DNA of 36,605 bases from Bacteroidales bacterium (GCA_028282585.1 JANQHR010000087.1:1-36605), one strand, 5' to 3'. Shown: positions 1 to 9,602, counted from the first letter of the stretch. Notes: a model not told the origin generated them from the sequence alone. A program made the numbers and translations.

Positions 1-237
1 TATACTAAACTCGCTCAATGGTATAGAAAAGTAGAAGAATCAAGCTTTAACTCATTTAAAACCATTATGAATACAATTCATGACCATTATCGAGAGATCT
101 TAAATTATTTTGATAATCGAAGCACTAATGCTTCCGCTGAGTCTTTTAATGCCAAATTGAAAGCTTTTAGAACAACATTAAGGGGAGTGGTGGATATTAA
201 ATTTTTCTTATTTCGTGTAGCTAAAATATGGGCTTAA
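1..237 (+). CDS. ISL3-family (ISAon1-like) transposase, C-terminal part (runs off the window start)
   Basis: Frame 1 reads YTKLAQWYRKVEESSFNSFKTIMNTIHDHYREILNYFDNRSTNASAESFNAKLKAFRTTLRGVVDIKFFLFRVAKIWA*. ILNYF..RSTNASAESFNAK is the typical ISL3 DDE C-terminal motif. Absent from the ORF track because it has no start in the window. Confidence 0.9.
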   Translation, partial: YTKLAQWYRKVEESSFNSFKTIMNTIHDHYREILNYFDNRSTNASAESFNAKLKAFRTTLRGVVDIKFFLFRVAKIWA

Positions 238-272
238 CTTTTTATAAATCCACCATAATTTTCAAGTGATCC
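1..272 (+). mobile_element. Right part of an ISL3-family insertion sequence, probable right end ...CAAGTGATCC at 272
   Basis: Transposase stop at 237, followed 35 nt later by GATCC, matching the GA(G/T)CC terminus of ISL3 elements. The left end is outside the window, so the IR cannot be confirmed. Confidence 0.7.
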
Positions 273-306
273 TATGTAACAATAGAATTCCATAACTTGA
301 AGATAT

Positions 307-335
307 AAAAAAACCCTGACAAAATTGTCAGGGTT
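307..335 (-). terminator. Rho-independent terminator of tRNA-Phe
   Basis: AACCCTGACAA-AA-TTGTCAGGGTT hairpin (312-335) with an A-run on + (U-tract on -), directly after the tRNA 3' end. Confidence 0.85.
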
Positions 336-336
336 G

Positions 337-409
<73 letters not shown>

Positions 410-422
410 ATAGCGCTCAATT

Positions 423-437
423 GCGGATGCAAATATA
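423..437 (-). promoter_or_regulatory. Bacteroidota sigma-A -7 promoter element for tRNA-Phe
   Basis: TATATTTGCATCCGC on - strand (TAnnTTTG consensus); the same 15-mer lies upstream of tRNA-Gly. Confidence 0.75.
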
Positions 438-565
438 ATTGAAAAATTCCTTTTACAAAATATTTTCTCTCAAATTTTAAAAAATCTTACCATATCAAAA
501 CTTTAACCTTTTTAGTATTTTGATTGTTAGATTTTTATAATTTTGCAGAAGATACAATTTTTGAG

Positions 566-1786
566 ATGGATTACGAGAGTTATACACTGGAAAACGGAAT
601 AAGAATCATTCATTTACAGACAAAATCGGCAGTTGGGCATTGTGGCTTAATCATTAATGCCGGGTCGCGCGATGAAGAAGAACATGAACATGGAATGGCT
701 CATTTTATTGAACATACCATATTTAAAGGGACAAAAAAACGCAAAGCTTATCATATTCTTAGCAGGTTGGATGATGTTGGAGGAGAAATCAACGCTTACA
801 CCACTAAAGAGGAAACAACCATTCATACTTCGTTCTTAAAAAATGATTATGAGCGTGCTATGGAACTTATTTCTGATATTACCTTTAATTCTACTTTTCC
901 CGGAAAGGAAATTACGCGTGAAAAAGAAGTAATAATTGAAGAAATAAATTCGTACAAAGATGATCCTGCGGAGTTAATATTTGATGAGTTTGAGGAATTG
1001 ATTTTCAAAAATCAACCCTTAGGTAAAAATATCCTGGGAAATCCTAAAGATCTTCGAAGTTTTACTAAAAAGGATATCGAAGCATTTATTGAAAGAAATT
1101 ACCATACTGATGAAATGGTTCTTTGCTCGGTTGGAGATATTTCTTTTACTAAATTCCAAAAATTAGCCAATAAGTATTTTGGCCTAATTACTCCAAATCC
1201 GAGAAATAAAAAACGAATTGGAATTGGTAATTACACACCTGAAAATAAAATAGTTGAAAAGAATACGTTTCAAACTCACTGTATTATTGGTAATATTTCA
1301 TATAATTCTCTTGATGATAAAAAAGTTACCATGACTTTATTAGATAATATGTTGGGTGGACCTGGTTTAAATTCAAGATTGAGTTTATTACTTCGAGAAA
1401 AACACGGACTGGCATATCATGTAGAATCGAATTATTCACCATACTCTGATATTGGCGTATTCTCGGTTTATTTTGGAACAGATAAGGAGAATTTTGAAAA
1501 GTGTATTAAACTGATAAAAAAAGAGTTTGAATCTTTAAGAACCAAGAAATTAGGCGAAGTTCAGTTAAAAAAAGCAAAGCGCCAGTTGTTTGGGCAAATT
1601 GCTATTAACTCGGAAAATAATGCAAGTCTGATGCTTGCCCTGGGTAAAAGCTATATGCTTTTTAATAAGGTCGACGATTTGCACAAAATAAAAGAAAAAA
1701 TTGAAAGAATAACTGTTGAAGATATTCAACATGTAGCCAACGAAGTTTTGAATATAGATAAAATGTCGATGTTAATTTACAAATAG
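566..1786 (+). CDS. M16 family (pitrilysin/insulinase-like) zinc peptidase
   Basis: Inverted zinc motif HFIEH, NAYTTKEET, LREKHGLAY. Start moved to ATG 566 because a TAATTTTG promoter motif lies inside the longer TTG extension. Confidence 0.92.
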   Translation: MDYESYTLENGIRIIHLQTKSAVGHCGLIINAGSRDEEEHEHGMAHFIEHTIFKGTKKRKAYHILSRLDDVGGEINAYTTKEETTIHTSFLKNDYERAMELISDITFNSTFPGKEITREKEVIIEEINSYKDDPAELIFDEFEELIFKNQPLGKNILGNPKDLRSFTKKDIEAFIERNYHTDEMVLCSVGDISFTKFQKLANKYFGLITPNPRNKKRIGIGNYTPENKIVEKNTFQTHCIIGNISYNSLDDKKVTMTLLDNMLGGPGLNSRLSLLLREKHGLAYHVESNYSPYSDIGVFSVYFGTDKENFEKCIKLIKKEFESLRTKKLGEVQLKKAKRQLFGQIAINSENNASLMLALGKSYMLFNKVDDLHKIKEKIERITVEDIQHVANEVLNIDKMSMLIYK

Positions 1787-1806
1787 AAAAACTATTAAAA
1801 CTAAAA

Positions 1807-1882
1807 GCGCCTAAAGTATTTAAAATATCGAGTACTTAAAGTTACAATCTATTCTTTAGGCAATTTAGACACTCCAGGCACT
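1807..1882. repeat. Degenerate inverted array of 9-mers (GTGCCTAAA ... TTTAGGCAC)
   Basis: Left arm GCGCCTAAA, GTATTTAAA, GTACTTAAA; right arm TTTAGGCAA, TTTAGACAC, TCCAGGCAC. Confidence 0.55.
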
Positions 1883-1957
1883 TCAAATTTATTTAACTTT
1901 ACCGCTAAAATAAAAACCAAGACTAAACAAAGGTTTAGCCCAAAAATTAATTTAAAT

Positions 1958-2599
1958 ATGTCTGATTTCTATTTCAATATTGAAGAATACATACTTAAAC
2001 ATTCGGATTCTGAAGATCCAATACTGGCGGAACTAAACAGGGAAACTAACTTAAAAATACTTCGCCCAAGAATGCTTTCGGGGCATTTACAAGGTAAAAT
2101 CCTTGAGATGATCAGCAAAATGATTAATCCGGACAAAATTCTGGAGCTTGGAACCTATACCGGTTATTCAGCCATTTGTATGGCAAAAGGACTAAAAAAA
2201 AATGGTACACTTCATACCATTGAGATTAATGACGAACTTGAGGATTTTATTCTAAAATATTTAAAAAAAGCAGGACTTGAAGAAAAAGTTAAACTCCACT
2301 TTGGAGATGCCAGAAATATTGTACCTAAAATAAACGAGCAGTTTGATCTGGTTTTTATTGATGCCGATAAAAGAGAATATCTTGATTACTATAACATCAT
2401 ATTTGACTTCGTTAAACCTGGTGGTTTCATTTTAGCCGACAATGTACTCTGGAGTGGCAAAGTAATTGAACTTGAATCACCTGACGATGAATACACCAAA
2501 GGCATATTCAAATTCAATGAATTTATTAAAAATGACCATAGAGTTGAAAAAGTTATTTTACCTCTTCGTGACGGTTTAACTTTGATTCGAAAGAAATAG
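1958..2599 (+). CDS. SAM-dependent O-methyltransferase (caffeoyl-CoA OMT/YrrM-like)
   Basis: ILELGTYTGYS motif I, FDLVFIDADK, ILADNVLWSG, LPLRDGL. Confidence 0.93.
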   Translation: MSDFYFNIEEYILKHSDSEDPILAELNRETNLKILRPRMLSGHLQGKILEMISKMINPDKILELGTYTGYSAICMAKGLKKNGTLHTIEINDELEDFILKYLKKAGLEEKVKLHFGDARNIVPKINEQFDLVFIDADKREYLDYYNIIFDFVKPGGFILADNVLWSGKVIELESPDDEYTKGIFKFNEFIKNDHRVEKVILPLRDGLTLIRKK

Positions 2600-2667
2600 A
2601 GTATAAATTTTTCATTCTTAAATAAACTAGTCCACGTTACAATTTCAATAGATTAATGCTTTTTACT

Positions 2668-2754
2668 TTCACCCACCAACCTTTAGGGAGGACAAAACTT
2701 GGAACTTTCTCACTTGAGGGACCTGCCTAATGGCAAGACAAGACAAAGGGTGAA
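2668..2754. repeat. Degenerate REP/MITE-like palindromic element
   Basis: Terminal inverted repeat TTCACCC...GGGTGAA; internal TCTCA-CT-TGAGG hairpin and a CCTGCCT...AGACAAG palindrome (2722-2742); GC-richer than its flanks, between convergent genes. Confidence 0.45.
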
Positions 2755-2847
2755 TACTTTCTAATATTAGAAGATAATAATCATCAAAAATTTAATTAAA
2801 ACACTTTTTTACAGTTACATTGCACCTTCGAAGTATACTTGTAACTT

Positions 2848-3678
2848 TTAGTTATTATCCTTCATTTTATCCTCCTGTACTACTGAAAATCCAAAAGATT
2901 TAATTGCTCTCATATCAGGAGGTATTGAAAATATCCAGTCAATAATTTCTTTATATTCCACTTCTTTTGTGTATGGTATATCTTCTTTCATAAATACCAT
3001 AACCATTCGATGTATTTCAGATTTTTTATGTGTAAATAAGGTATAATCTATTGTTTCGGATGGGAATTTATGCTGCTGACCTTCTTTTAATAAATAAGAC
3101 GGCTCATATTCACTTGGAAATAATTGAAAAGCCTCTGACTCTCCGAAAATAAAAATCTTTAAATACGTATCTTTTGATGGCTTTATTGTAAAAATCAAGT
3201 TTTCTTCATTCTGATAGAACATACCTACTCCTTCAACCCAGGCATCAAAAGTCATATCTTTTTCGGTAAGGTATTTGATAACCGTACAATTTATAATAAC
3301 TTCTATTTTAAGCCTGCCTGATTGGTCAAACCTCTTTTTGGTATCTAAAACCTCTACATTTTTAACAGCACCTCGAATATCCGAAAGTATATCTGATGTA
3401 AAAAGTTCATCATAACTTTCATTATCTTCGGACCGAAAATAATCACTAAAAGATGAAATATTTTCTGCAATACCAGCTCTTTTTAATGCTTCAACCTTTG
3501 CTTCATTAATTGCGCGTTGAGTTACCTGATCTATTGTCTCTAAATCTCCTCCGGTAGCAACTCCCTTGACTTCTTTAATTTTTATTTCTTTAACTTTTTT
3601 TTGAGCGACCGCAAACGGTTTCGATACCATCAGAAAAAATAGTATAAGTCCGAGCAGATGTAACTTTTTTTTAAACAT
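2848..3678 (-). CDS. Exported hypothetical protein, FlgT-N/LPP20-like N-domain plus DUF4384-like C-domain
   Basis: Signal peptide (MFKKKLHLLGLILFFLMVSKPFAVAQ); RAINEAKVEALKRAG helix; C-half FTIKPSKDTYLKIF...QLFPSEYE...HKFP resembles DUF4384. Domain names are from recall. Confidence 0.6.
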   Translation of the reverse strand: MFKKKLHLLGLILFFLMVSKPFAVAQKKVKEIKIKEVKGVATGGDLETIDQVTQRAINEAKVEALKRAGIAENISSFSDYFRSEDNESYDELFTSDILSDIRGAVKNVEVLDTKKRFDQSGRLKIEVIINCTVIKYLTEKDMTFDAWVEGVGMFYQNEENLIFTIKPSKDTYLKIFIFGESEAFQLFPSEYEPSYLLKEGQQHKFPSETIDYTLFTHKKSEIHRMVMVFMKEDIPYTKEVEYKEIIDWIFSIPPDMRAIKSFGFSVVQEDKMKDNN

Positions 3679-3800
3679 ATCTTTATAATTTCGATTAAAA
3701 TTATGAAATAATCTTCAAAAATATTGCCAAAATTTAACAATATATTATTGTTAAAAAGTTAATCAATATATTAATTTACAAATCTTAAATTTTAATCTTC

Positions 3801-4784
3801 ATGCAAAAATTAGCTATTGGAATTGATATTGGAGGAACTTCAGTTAAATACGGCGTTGTTTCGGAAAGTGGAGAAGTAAAATTAAAAGAATCCTTTCCTA
3901 CTAAAGATTATGAAAAAGTTCATGATTTTGTTGATTACTTGTCAGAAAGAATAGCCCATTCACTAGATGGATTGAACTCTGAACATGAATTAACAGGTGT
4001 AGGTATTGGTGCACCCAATGGAAATTTTTACAGAGGTACTATAGAACATGCTCCGAACTTAAAATGGAAAGGAATTATACCATTAGCTGATTTATTAAAT
4101 AAAAAGATTAATATTCCGGTTTATTTAACTAACGATGCTAATGCAGCAGCAATTGGTGAAATGACATATGGTGGTGCGAAAAACATGAAAAACTTCATTA
4201 TGATCACTTTAGGAACTGGTCTTGGAAGCGGGTTTGTAGCAAATGGCCAGCTGATTTTAGGTCATGATGGATTTGCCGGTGAATTTGGCCATACAACCGT
4301 GTTTCATGATGGGCGAGAGTGCGGATGCGGTAAAAAAGGTTGCCTCGAGACTTATGTTTCAGCAACAGGACTAAAGAGAACAGTTATAAAATTATTATCA
4401 AAAGCTAAAACTGATAGCATCTTAAGAGATTATTCCTACAACAACATCACTTCGGAACAAATATATAAAGCCGCTATGAATGGTGATCAATTAGCAATTG
4501 ATGCTTTTAATTTTACCGGGAAAATCTTGGGTATGAAATTGGCTGATGCTGTTACTATTGTTAGTCCTGAAGCTATTTTCCTTTTTGGAGGATTAGCAAA
4601 TGCAGGTAAGTTAATTTTCGAACCTACCAAAAAATATATGGAAGAATATAATTTCCCGATATATAAAGACAAAGTTAAATTATTTTCATCTTTATTGCCG
4701 GAAAACGATGCAGCTATTTTAGGCGCTGCTGCTTTGGTTTGGAACGAAAATTCTAGAACTATTGTTGATAAACAATTGCATTAA
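3801..4784 (+). CDS. ROK family sugar kinase (glucokinase-like)
   Basis: GIDIGGT, NDANAAAIGE, ITLGTGLGSG, GEFGH, CGCGKKGCLE. Confidence 0.95.
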   Translation: MQKLAIGIDIGGTSVKYGVVSESGEVKLKESFPTKDYEKVHDFVDYLSERIAHSLDGLNSEHELTGVGIGAPNGNFYRGTIEHAPNLKWKGIIPLADLLNKKINIPVYLTNDANAAAIGEMTYGGAKNMKNFIMITLGTGLGSGFVANGQLILGHDGFAGEFGHTTVFHDGRECGCGKKGCLETYVSATGLKRTVIKLLSKAKTDSILRDYSYNNITSEQIYKAAMNGDQLAIDAFNFTGKILGMKLADAVTIVSPEAIFLFGGLANAGKLIFEPTKKYMEEYNFPIYKDKVKLFSSLLPENDAAILGAAALVWNENSRTIVDKQLH

Positions 4785-5853
4785 TACTCATTCCTGCACC
4801 CACGGATGCAAAAATAATAATGTCACCCCTGTTTATATGATGTTTTTTAATTTGATCATTCAAAATCATATCATATAAAGTTGGTACGGTAGCCACCGAG
4901 CTATTTCCCAATTCATGAATATTCATTGGCATTACCTCATCCACGTTTACACCGATGCCATATAGTCTGAAAAATCGTTTAACAATGGCCTCATCCATTT
5001 TTTCATTAGCCTGATGAATGATAATTTTCTTTATTTTTTCAATAGGTACTCCTGATTTATCTACAGCAGACTTAATTGCTTTGGGAACATTTGAAAGAGA
5101 ATATTCATAAATTTTTCGTCCGTGCATTTTAATATAACGAATATTCGGATCGCTACCAGGTTTGTTAGATTGACCCAGGTATAAGTAGTAAGCTTCATCT
5201 TTTGTATGAGTAACAGTTGCTGAAGCAAGAATTCCAAACTTCTGGTTGGATTTTACACCTTCAATAATTGCAGCTCCTGCCCCATCTGAAAAAATCATAG
5301 TATCACGATCATAAATATCAACAACACGCGAAAGGGTTTCGGCACCAATTACCAATACTCTATTGGCTAAACCCGTTTTTATAAATGAATTTGCCTGAAT
5401 TACACCTTGAACCCAGCCAGGGCATCCAAAAATCAAATCATAAGCCACGCATGATGGATTAACTATTCCCAGGCTATGTTTAACTCTGGCCGCAAGACTG
5501 GGTAATAAATCTGTTTGAATAGTACCCTCAATTACATCTCCAAAGTTAGTAGCTACAATGATATGATCTATTGTTTCTTTATCAATCTCGGCAGAATCAA
5601 TGGCCTGTTTAGCAGCTCTTGTGGCAATTTCCGAACAAGTCTGATGGCTTTTAACCCATCTTCTTTCTGCAATACCCGTAATATCCTTAAACTTTGAAAC
5701 AATCTCCTCGCCTGTTCCTTTTATAAGCGATTGATCTTTTTCAAAAAACTTACTGGTTACATATTCTTTGTTTTCAATTTTATATTCAGGTATATATGAT
5801 CCGGTTCCTTTAATTACCGTATTTATGCATTTGTATTCCATAGATATTTCCAT
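4759..5853 (-). CDS. fabH: 3-oxoacyl-ACP synthase III family protein
   Basis: Catalytic Cys-His-Asn in FGCPGW, IHQANEK, LGNSSVAT; GTGSYIP; FSDGAGA. Confidence 0.9.
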   Translation of the reverse strand: MEISMEYKCINTVIKGTGSYIPEYKIENKEYVTSKFFEKDQSLIKGTGEEIVSKFKDITGIAERRWVKSHQTCSEIATRAAKQAIDSAEIDKETIDHIIVATNFGDVIEGTIQTDLLPSLAARVKHSLGIVNPSCVAYDLIFGCPGWVQGVIQANSFIKTGLANRVLVIGAETLSRVVDIYDRDTMIFSDGAGAAIIEGVKSNQKFGILASATVTHTKDEAYYLYLGQSNKPGSDPNIRYIKMHGRKIYEYSLSNVPKAIKSAVDKSGVPIEKIKKIIIHQANEKMDEAIVKRFFRLYGIGVNVDEVMPMNIHELGNSSVATVPTLYDMILNDQIKKHHINRGDIIIFASVGAGMSINAIVYQQ

Positions 5854-6115
5854 TTATTAATCGGCGACCAAAATATTTATTTTATCATTTTCATAAAATC
5901 TAATTTTAATCAGAATTCCGAAACCCAAAAAGTAAAAACAACTATTAAGCCTAAACTTATTCAAGGGTTTTAGAAATAAAGATTATCAAGTTCAAGCCTA
6001 ATTATTAGTTTAATTAAGGTTCGAGAATTAAAATTTTATGACACAGTTGATAAACTTGTATTTATTAAACTTTTTGGCTAAACCTTTGTCAAATACGAAA
6101 CCAATTTTTTTTACC

Positions 6116-7741
6116 ATGAGAAAATTAAGTATATTCTTCGTACTGTTTTTATTATCTCCAATAGTTAGTTTATCACAGGAAACTCCACTTGAAAAAGGAT
6201 TAAATGCAATTACAAAGAGTTCTGTTCAGGCCCAATTGGAGTTTTTAGCGTCTGATTGGACCGAAGGAAGAGCTACAGGTACAAAAGGGGAGTTCCTGGC
6301 AGCCGATTATTTGGCAAGTATGCTACAATTCATGGAAGTTGATCCGGCCGGAGATAAAGATTGGACGCAGCCAACAAGGGAACAAAGATGGAAAGGTATT
6401 AAAGCTGAAGAATTTACCACATATTTTCAAAATATATACATGATTAAACAATTGGAAAGTTCTTCTTCGCTAACTATAAGTGCAAATAATCAAGATTATA
6501 GCTTTACTGAGAACGTAGATTATTCTTTATTTGGCGGAAACTCAAGTGTTAGAATTAATGCAGATCTGGTTTTTGTTGGGTATGGGTATACTTCGGAAGA
6601 AACGGGTTATGATGATTTTAAAGGCGTTGATGTTAAAAACAAGATCATTATTCGACTAAATGGTTATCCAGGGCATAACGACCCAAGCTCTTTAGGCTAT
6701 AACAGGTTTCACAAAGAAGAACGATATTTTGAATACTATTTGGATAAAAATAAGGATGATGTTGCTAAAGAAAAAGGCGTATTAGCAATTATTGATATTT
6801 ATCCTAACCTGAGTCCAAAAAATTGGATTGATAAGGAAGATTTTAATAATCTAAGTCAAAATGAGTCGCCCAAAAGCCCGATTTATGAAAACAGATTAGA
6901 ACTTCCTTCAGACAATATTGATGCCAAACCTTTAGAAATTTACCCAAGTAATAAACTGGTTATTAAACTTTTGAAAAACCAAGGAATAAATCTTGAACAA
7001 TTTGAGGAACAAGCTGCAAATTCATTAAAACCAAACTCAAAACCTCTTAAAAACACAAAATTAAAAATTAATTACCAGGTTAAAACAGAATTATTACACA
7101 CAAGAAATGTGCTTGGAGTAATTGAAGGTGAAAATAAAGATGAAATTGTTGTAGTGGGCGGACATTACGATCATTTAGGTGCTGCTAATGGGTTTGTTTG
7201 GAGCGGAGCTGATGACAATGCTTCCGGAACCGTCGGTGTATGGATGTTAGCAAAGGCTTTTAAAGCATCTGGAATAAAGCCAAAAAAAACTATCGTATTT
7301 GCTGCCTGGACAGGTGAAGAAAAAGGGTTACTAGGCTCCGAATACTTTGCAGATTATCCATTTGGAGATAAAATTGAAAATATCAAGTTCTATCTTAATT
7401 TCGATATGATCAGTAAGGACTCCGAAAATGATACCTTAAAAAATAAAGCAAGAATGGTTTATACATCTTCTTTTTCAGAATTAGAAGCAAAAACCGAGGA
7501 GAATATAAAAAAATATGGCTTAAATTTAAATATGACCTACAGGCCTTCTGTGAAACCAAGAGGAGGAAGCGATCATGCTTCGTTTTCGGCTAAAAATGTT
7601 CCCATCATGTATTTTATGGCAGGATTTCCGGTTACTTATCATACACCTAAAGATAAAACTGATGATATTAATTGGGATAAAATGGTTAATATAATTAAGT
7701 TAAGTTATCTGAACCTTTGGGATATTATTAACGAGGATTAA
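6116..7741 (+). CDS. Exported M28 family aminopeptidase with PA domain
   Basis: Signal peptide from MRKLS (ATG 6116); GGHYDHLG, GADDNASG, GEEKGLLGS, NFDMI, SDHASF, YHTPKD; PA insert FVGYG...DVKNKII. Confidence 0.93.
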   Translation: MRKLSIFFVLFLLSPIVSLSQETPLEKGLNAITKSSVQAQLEFLASDWTEGRATGTKGEFLAADYLASMLQFMEVDPAGDKDWTQPTREQRWKGIKAEEFTTYFQNIYMIKQLESSSSLTISANNQDYSFTENVDYSLFGGNSSVRINADLVFVGYGYTSEETGYDDFKGVDVKNKIIIRLNGYPGHNDPSSLGYNRFHKEERYFEYYLDKNKDDVAKEKGVLAIIDIYPNLSPKNWIDKEDFNNLSQNESPKSPIYENRLELPSDNIDAKPLEIYPSNKLVIKLLKNQGINLEQFEEQAANSLKPNSKPLKNTKLKINYQVKTELLHTRNVLGVIEGENKDEIVVVGGHYDHLGAANGFVWSGADDNASGTVGVWMLAKAFKASGIKPKKTIVFAAWTGEEKGLLGSEYFADYPFGDKIENIKFYLNFDMISKDSENDTLKNKARMVYTSSFSELEAKTEENIKKYGLNLNMTYRPSVKPRGGSDHASFSAKNVPIMYFMAGFPVTYHTPKDKTDDINWDKMVNIIKLSYLNLWDIINED

Positions 7742-7746
7742 GTCTA

Positions 7747-7787
7747 AATTATTAGAAATTAAGAAGTCGATGAAAATATTGGCTTTT
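7747..7787 (+). repeat. Degenerate direct-repeat copy of the tRNA-Leu terminator region; probably also terminates the M28 gene
   Basis: AATTATTAGAAATTAAGAAGTCGATGAAAATATTGGCTTTT versus 16621-16665 AATTATTAATAAACCAAAAAAGCCGATGAAAAATCATCGGCTTTT. Confidence 0.55.
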
Positions 7788-8098
7788 CTGATAAAACTTT
7801 TATAAAATGGGGCAACAAATAATAAGGAGCAAAATTAAAAATTTCACTCCTTAAATGAGAGATAACTTTTCTCATAACATTGTTTCTACTTTCAAAAATA
7901 AAAAATTTATTTACACTCTTTTAGATTAAGTAACCAGTGGTTCAATTTTTAAGATAAAATGTTAGTTTGACGTAATAAAATGCATTTTTAAAGTATAAAT
8001 TTTAAAAATCTTATTTTATTTTTGAGATAAATCTGGCACTAAAGAACGTTATTAAATCTATTCAACTTAAATATAATAGCATATTATCATATGTACTT

Positions 8099-8324
8099 TT
8101 GCTATATAAGCTTAAGTTATATCTTTTATTGTTTATATTACCCATTTCAGCCTATAGTCAAAGTTTTAATTTAGGCATTATACGGCTGAAGATGGTTTAC
8201 ATGACAACACCGTTTCTGAAATTGGTAATTTTATTGTAGACTTAGATAATGTAAAAGATTAGATAAAAATGATGCACCTTGCGGAATCAGAGTGTTGTTG
8301 AAAATTCCTAAAGTTACAGATTAA
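8099..8324 (+). pseudogene. Internally deleted, frameshifted beta-propeller sensor histidine kinase (LytS-type)
   Basis: Signal peptide LLYKLKLYLLLFILPISAYSQSFN, frameshift to RHYTAEDGLHDNTVSEI (propeller-sensor N-terminus), then a second shift to LDKNDAPCGIRVLLKIPKVTD* (HATPase C-terminal G.RV.L.IP), ending 12 nt before the response regulator ATG. Confidence 0.75.
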
Positions 8325-8336
8325 ACTGTTTGAAAT

Positions 8337-9074
8337 ATGAATACTGCAATTATTGTTGATGACGAAAAAAAGGCCAGAGATTTTATAGAAATGATCATGT
8401 CCAGGAATTTTCCTGATGTAAAAATCTCAGGTAAAGCCTCATCTGTTGTGGAAGGAATAAAATTGATAAATCAGTTTTCACCTGACTTAGTCTTTCTGGA
8501 TATAGAAATGCAAGATGGAACAGGATTCGATTTATTAGAAGCCTTACCTGATAAAAACTTCGACGTAATTTTTATTACAGCTTACAATTTTTATGCAGTT
8601 AAAGCTTTTAAATTTAGTGCAATTGACTATGTTACAAAGCCAATTGATATTGAAGATTTTAAAAATGCTGTTGAAAAAGTATTAGATAAAAAACAAGTTT
8701 CAAAAAGTTCAGAAAGCCTCAAAATCCTTAAATCTAACTTACATTCTAAAACGCCATTAAAGATTGCAATTCCTGTTTTAGAAGGAATTGAATATATTGA
8801 AACTGCAACTATAGTAAGTTTAAATGCAGATGGAAGGTATACAAGAATATTTTTTGAAGATAATAGAAAAATAATTGTTTCAAGATCATTAGGAGAATTT
8901 AACGGCTTGATAGATAATAATACTTTTTTCAAACCACATAAATCATATATTATCAACTTAAATCATGTAAGTAAATACATTAAAAAAGGAAGTTATCTGA
9001 TAATGTCGGATGGTTCCGAGGTCCCTTTAGCTAGAGGAAATAGAGATGATTTTATTTCTATAATGTCTGATTAA
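8337..9074 (+). CDS. LytR/AlgR family response regulator (REC + LytTR)
   Basis: IIVDDE, LVFLDIEM, FITAY, YVTKP; C-terminal FFKPHKSYIINL LytTR motif. Confidence 0.95.
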   Translation: MNTAIIVDDEKKARDFIEMIMSRNFPDVKISGKASSVVEGIKLINQFSPDLVFLDIEMQDGTGFDLLEALPDKNFDVIFITAYNFYAVKAFKFSAIDYVTKPIDIEDFKNAVEKVLDKKQVSKSSESLKILKSNLHSKTPLKIAIPVLEGIEYIETATIVSLNADGRYTRIFFEDNRKIIVSRSLGEFNGLIDNNTFFKPHKSYIINLNHVSKYIKKGSYLIMSDGSEVPLARGNRDDFISIMSD

Positions 9075-9131
9075 GTATAACAACTATAAGATACAATCTT
9101 ACTTTGAATTAGAATTTCTAAATTGTGCTTA

Positions 9132-9602
9132 TCAAAGCATATTTTCTTTTACAAAATCATTACTTGGTGAATTACCACACTTCCTGCATTCAATATTATA
9201 CGCGCCATTAATTGTATTGCATTTTTGACATGTATAATAATCAAACATTTCAACAAGCCATTTTTCCCACCCAGCTTCTTTTATTCTTGCTAATGACTTC
9301 CACATATTTTTTCGATGAGGCATCTTCTTTTGAAATTCTTTTAACTCAGCGCAAGGGTAAATATCACAATCTATACAGAATTCTACACCCTTATCTTCTG
9401 CGCATTTTGCTATAAAACAGTTTGTACAACTTCCAAATTTTTTATTGGATCTGCATCCATAACAATTAACTTTATCAAAAGGTATTTCCAATTTATCAGC
9501 AATCTCCTGCAACTTAATAGAATCTTTTTCCTGCGTTGCGTAGAACACTCCGCAAGAAGCACAAAACAGTCCACAAACTGAAGCTAACTCTTTATTTAAC
9601 AT
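9132..9602 (-). CDS. Cys-rich DUF3795-like protein with C-terminal zinc ribbon
   Basis: CGLFCASC, CYGC, CTNCFIAKC, FCIDCDIYPC, CQKC, CRKCG; start overlaps the osmC stop. Confidence 0.8.
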   Translation of the reverse strand: MLNKELASVCGLFCASCGVFYATQEKDSIKLQEIADKLEIPFDKVNCYGCRSNKKFGSCTNCFIAKCAEDKGVEFCIDCDIYPCAELKEFQKKMPHRKNMWKSLARIKEAGWEKWLVEMFDYYTCQKCNTINGAYNIECRKCGNSPSNDFVKENML

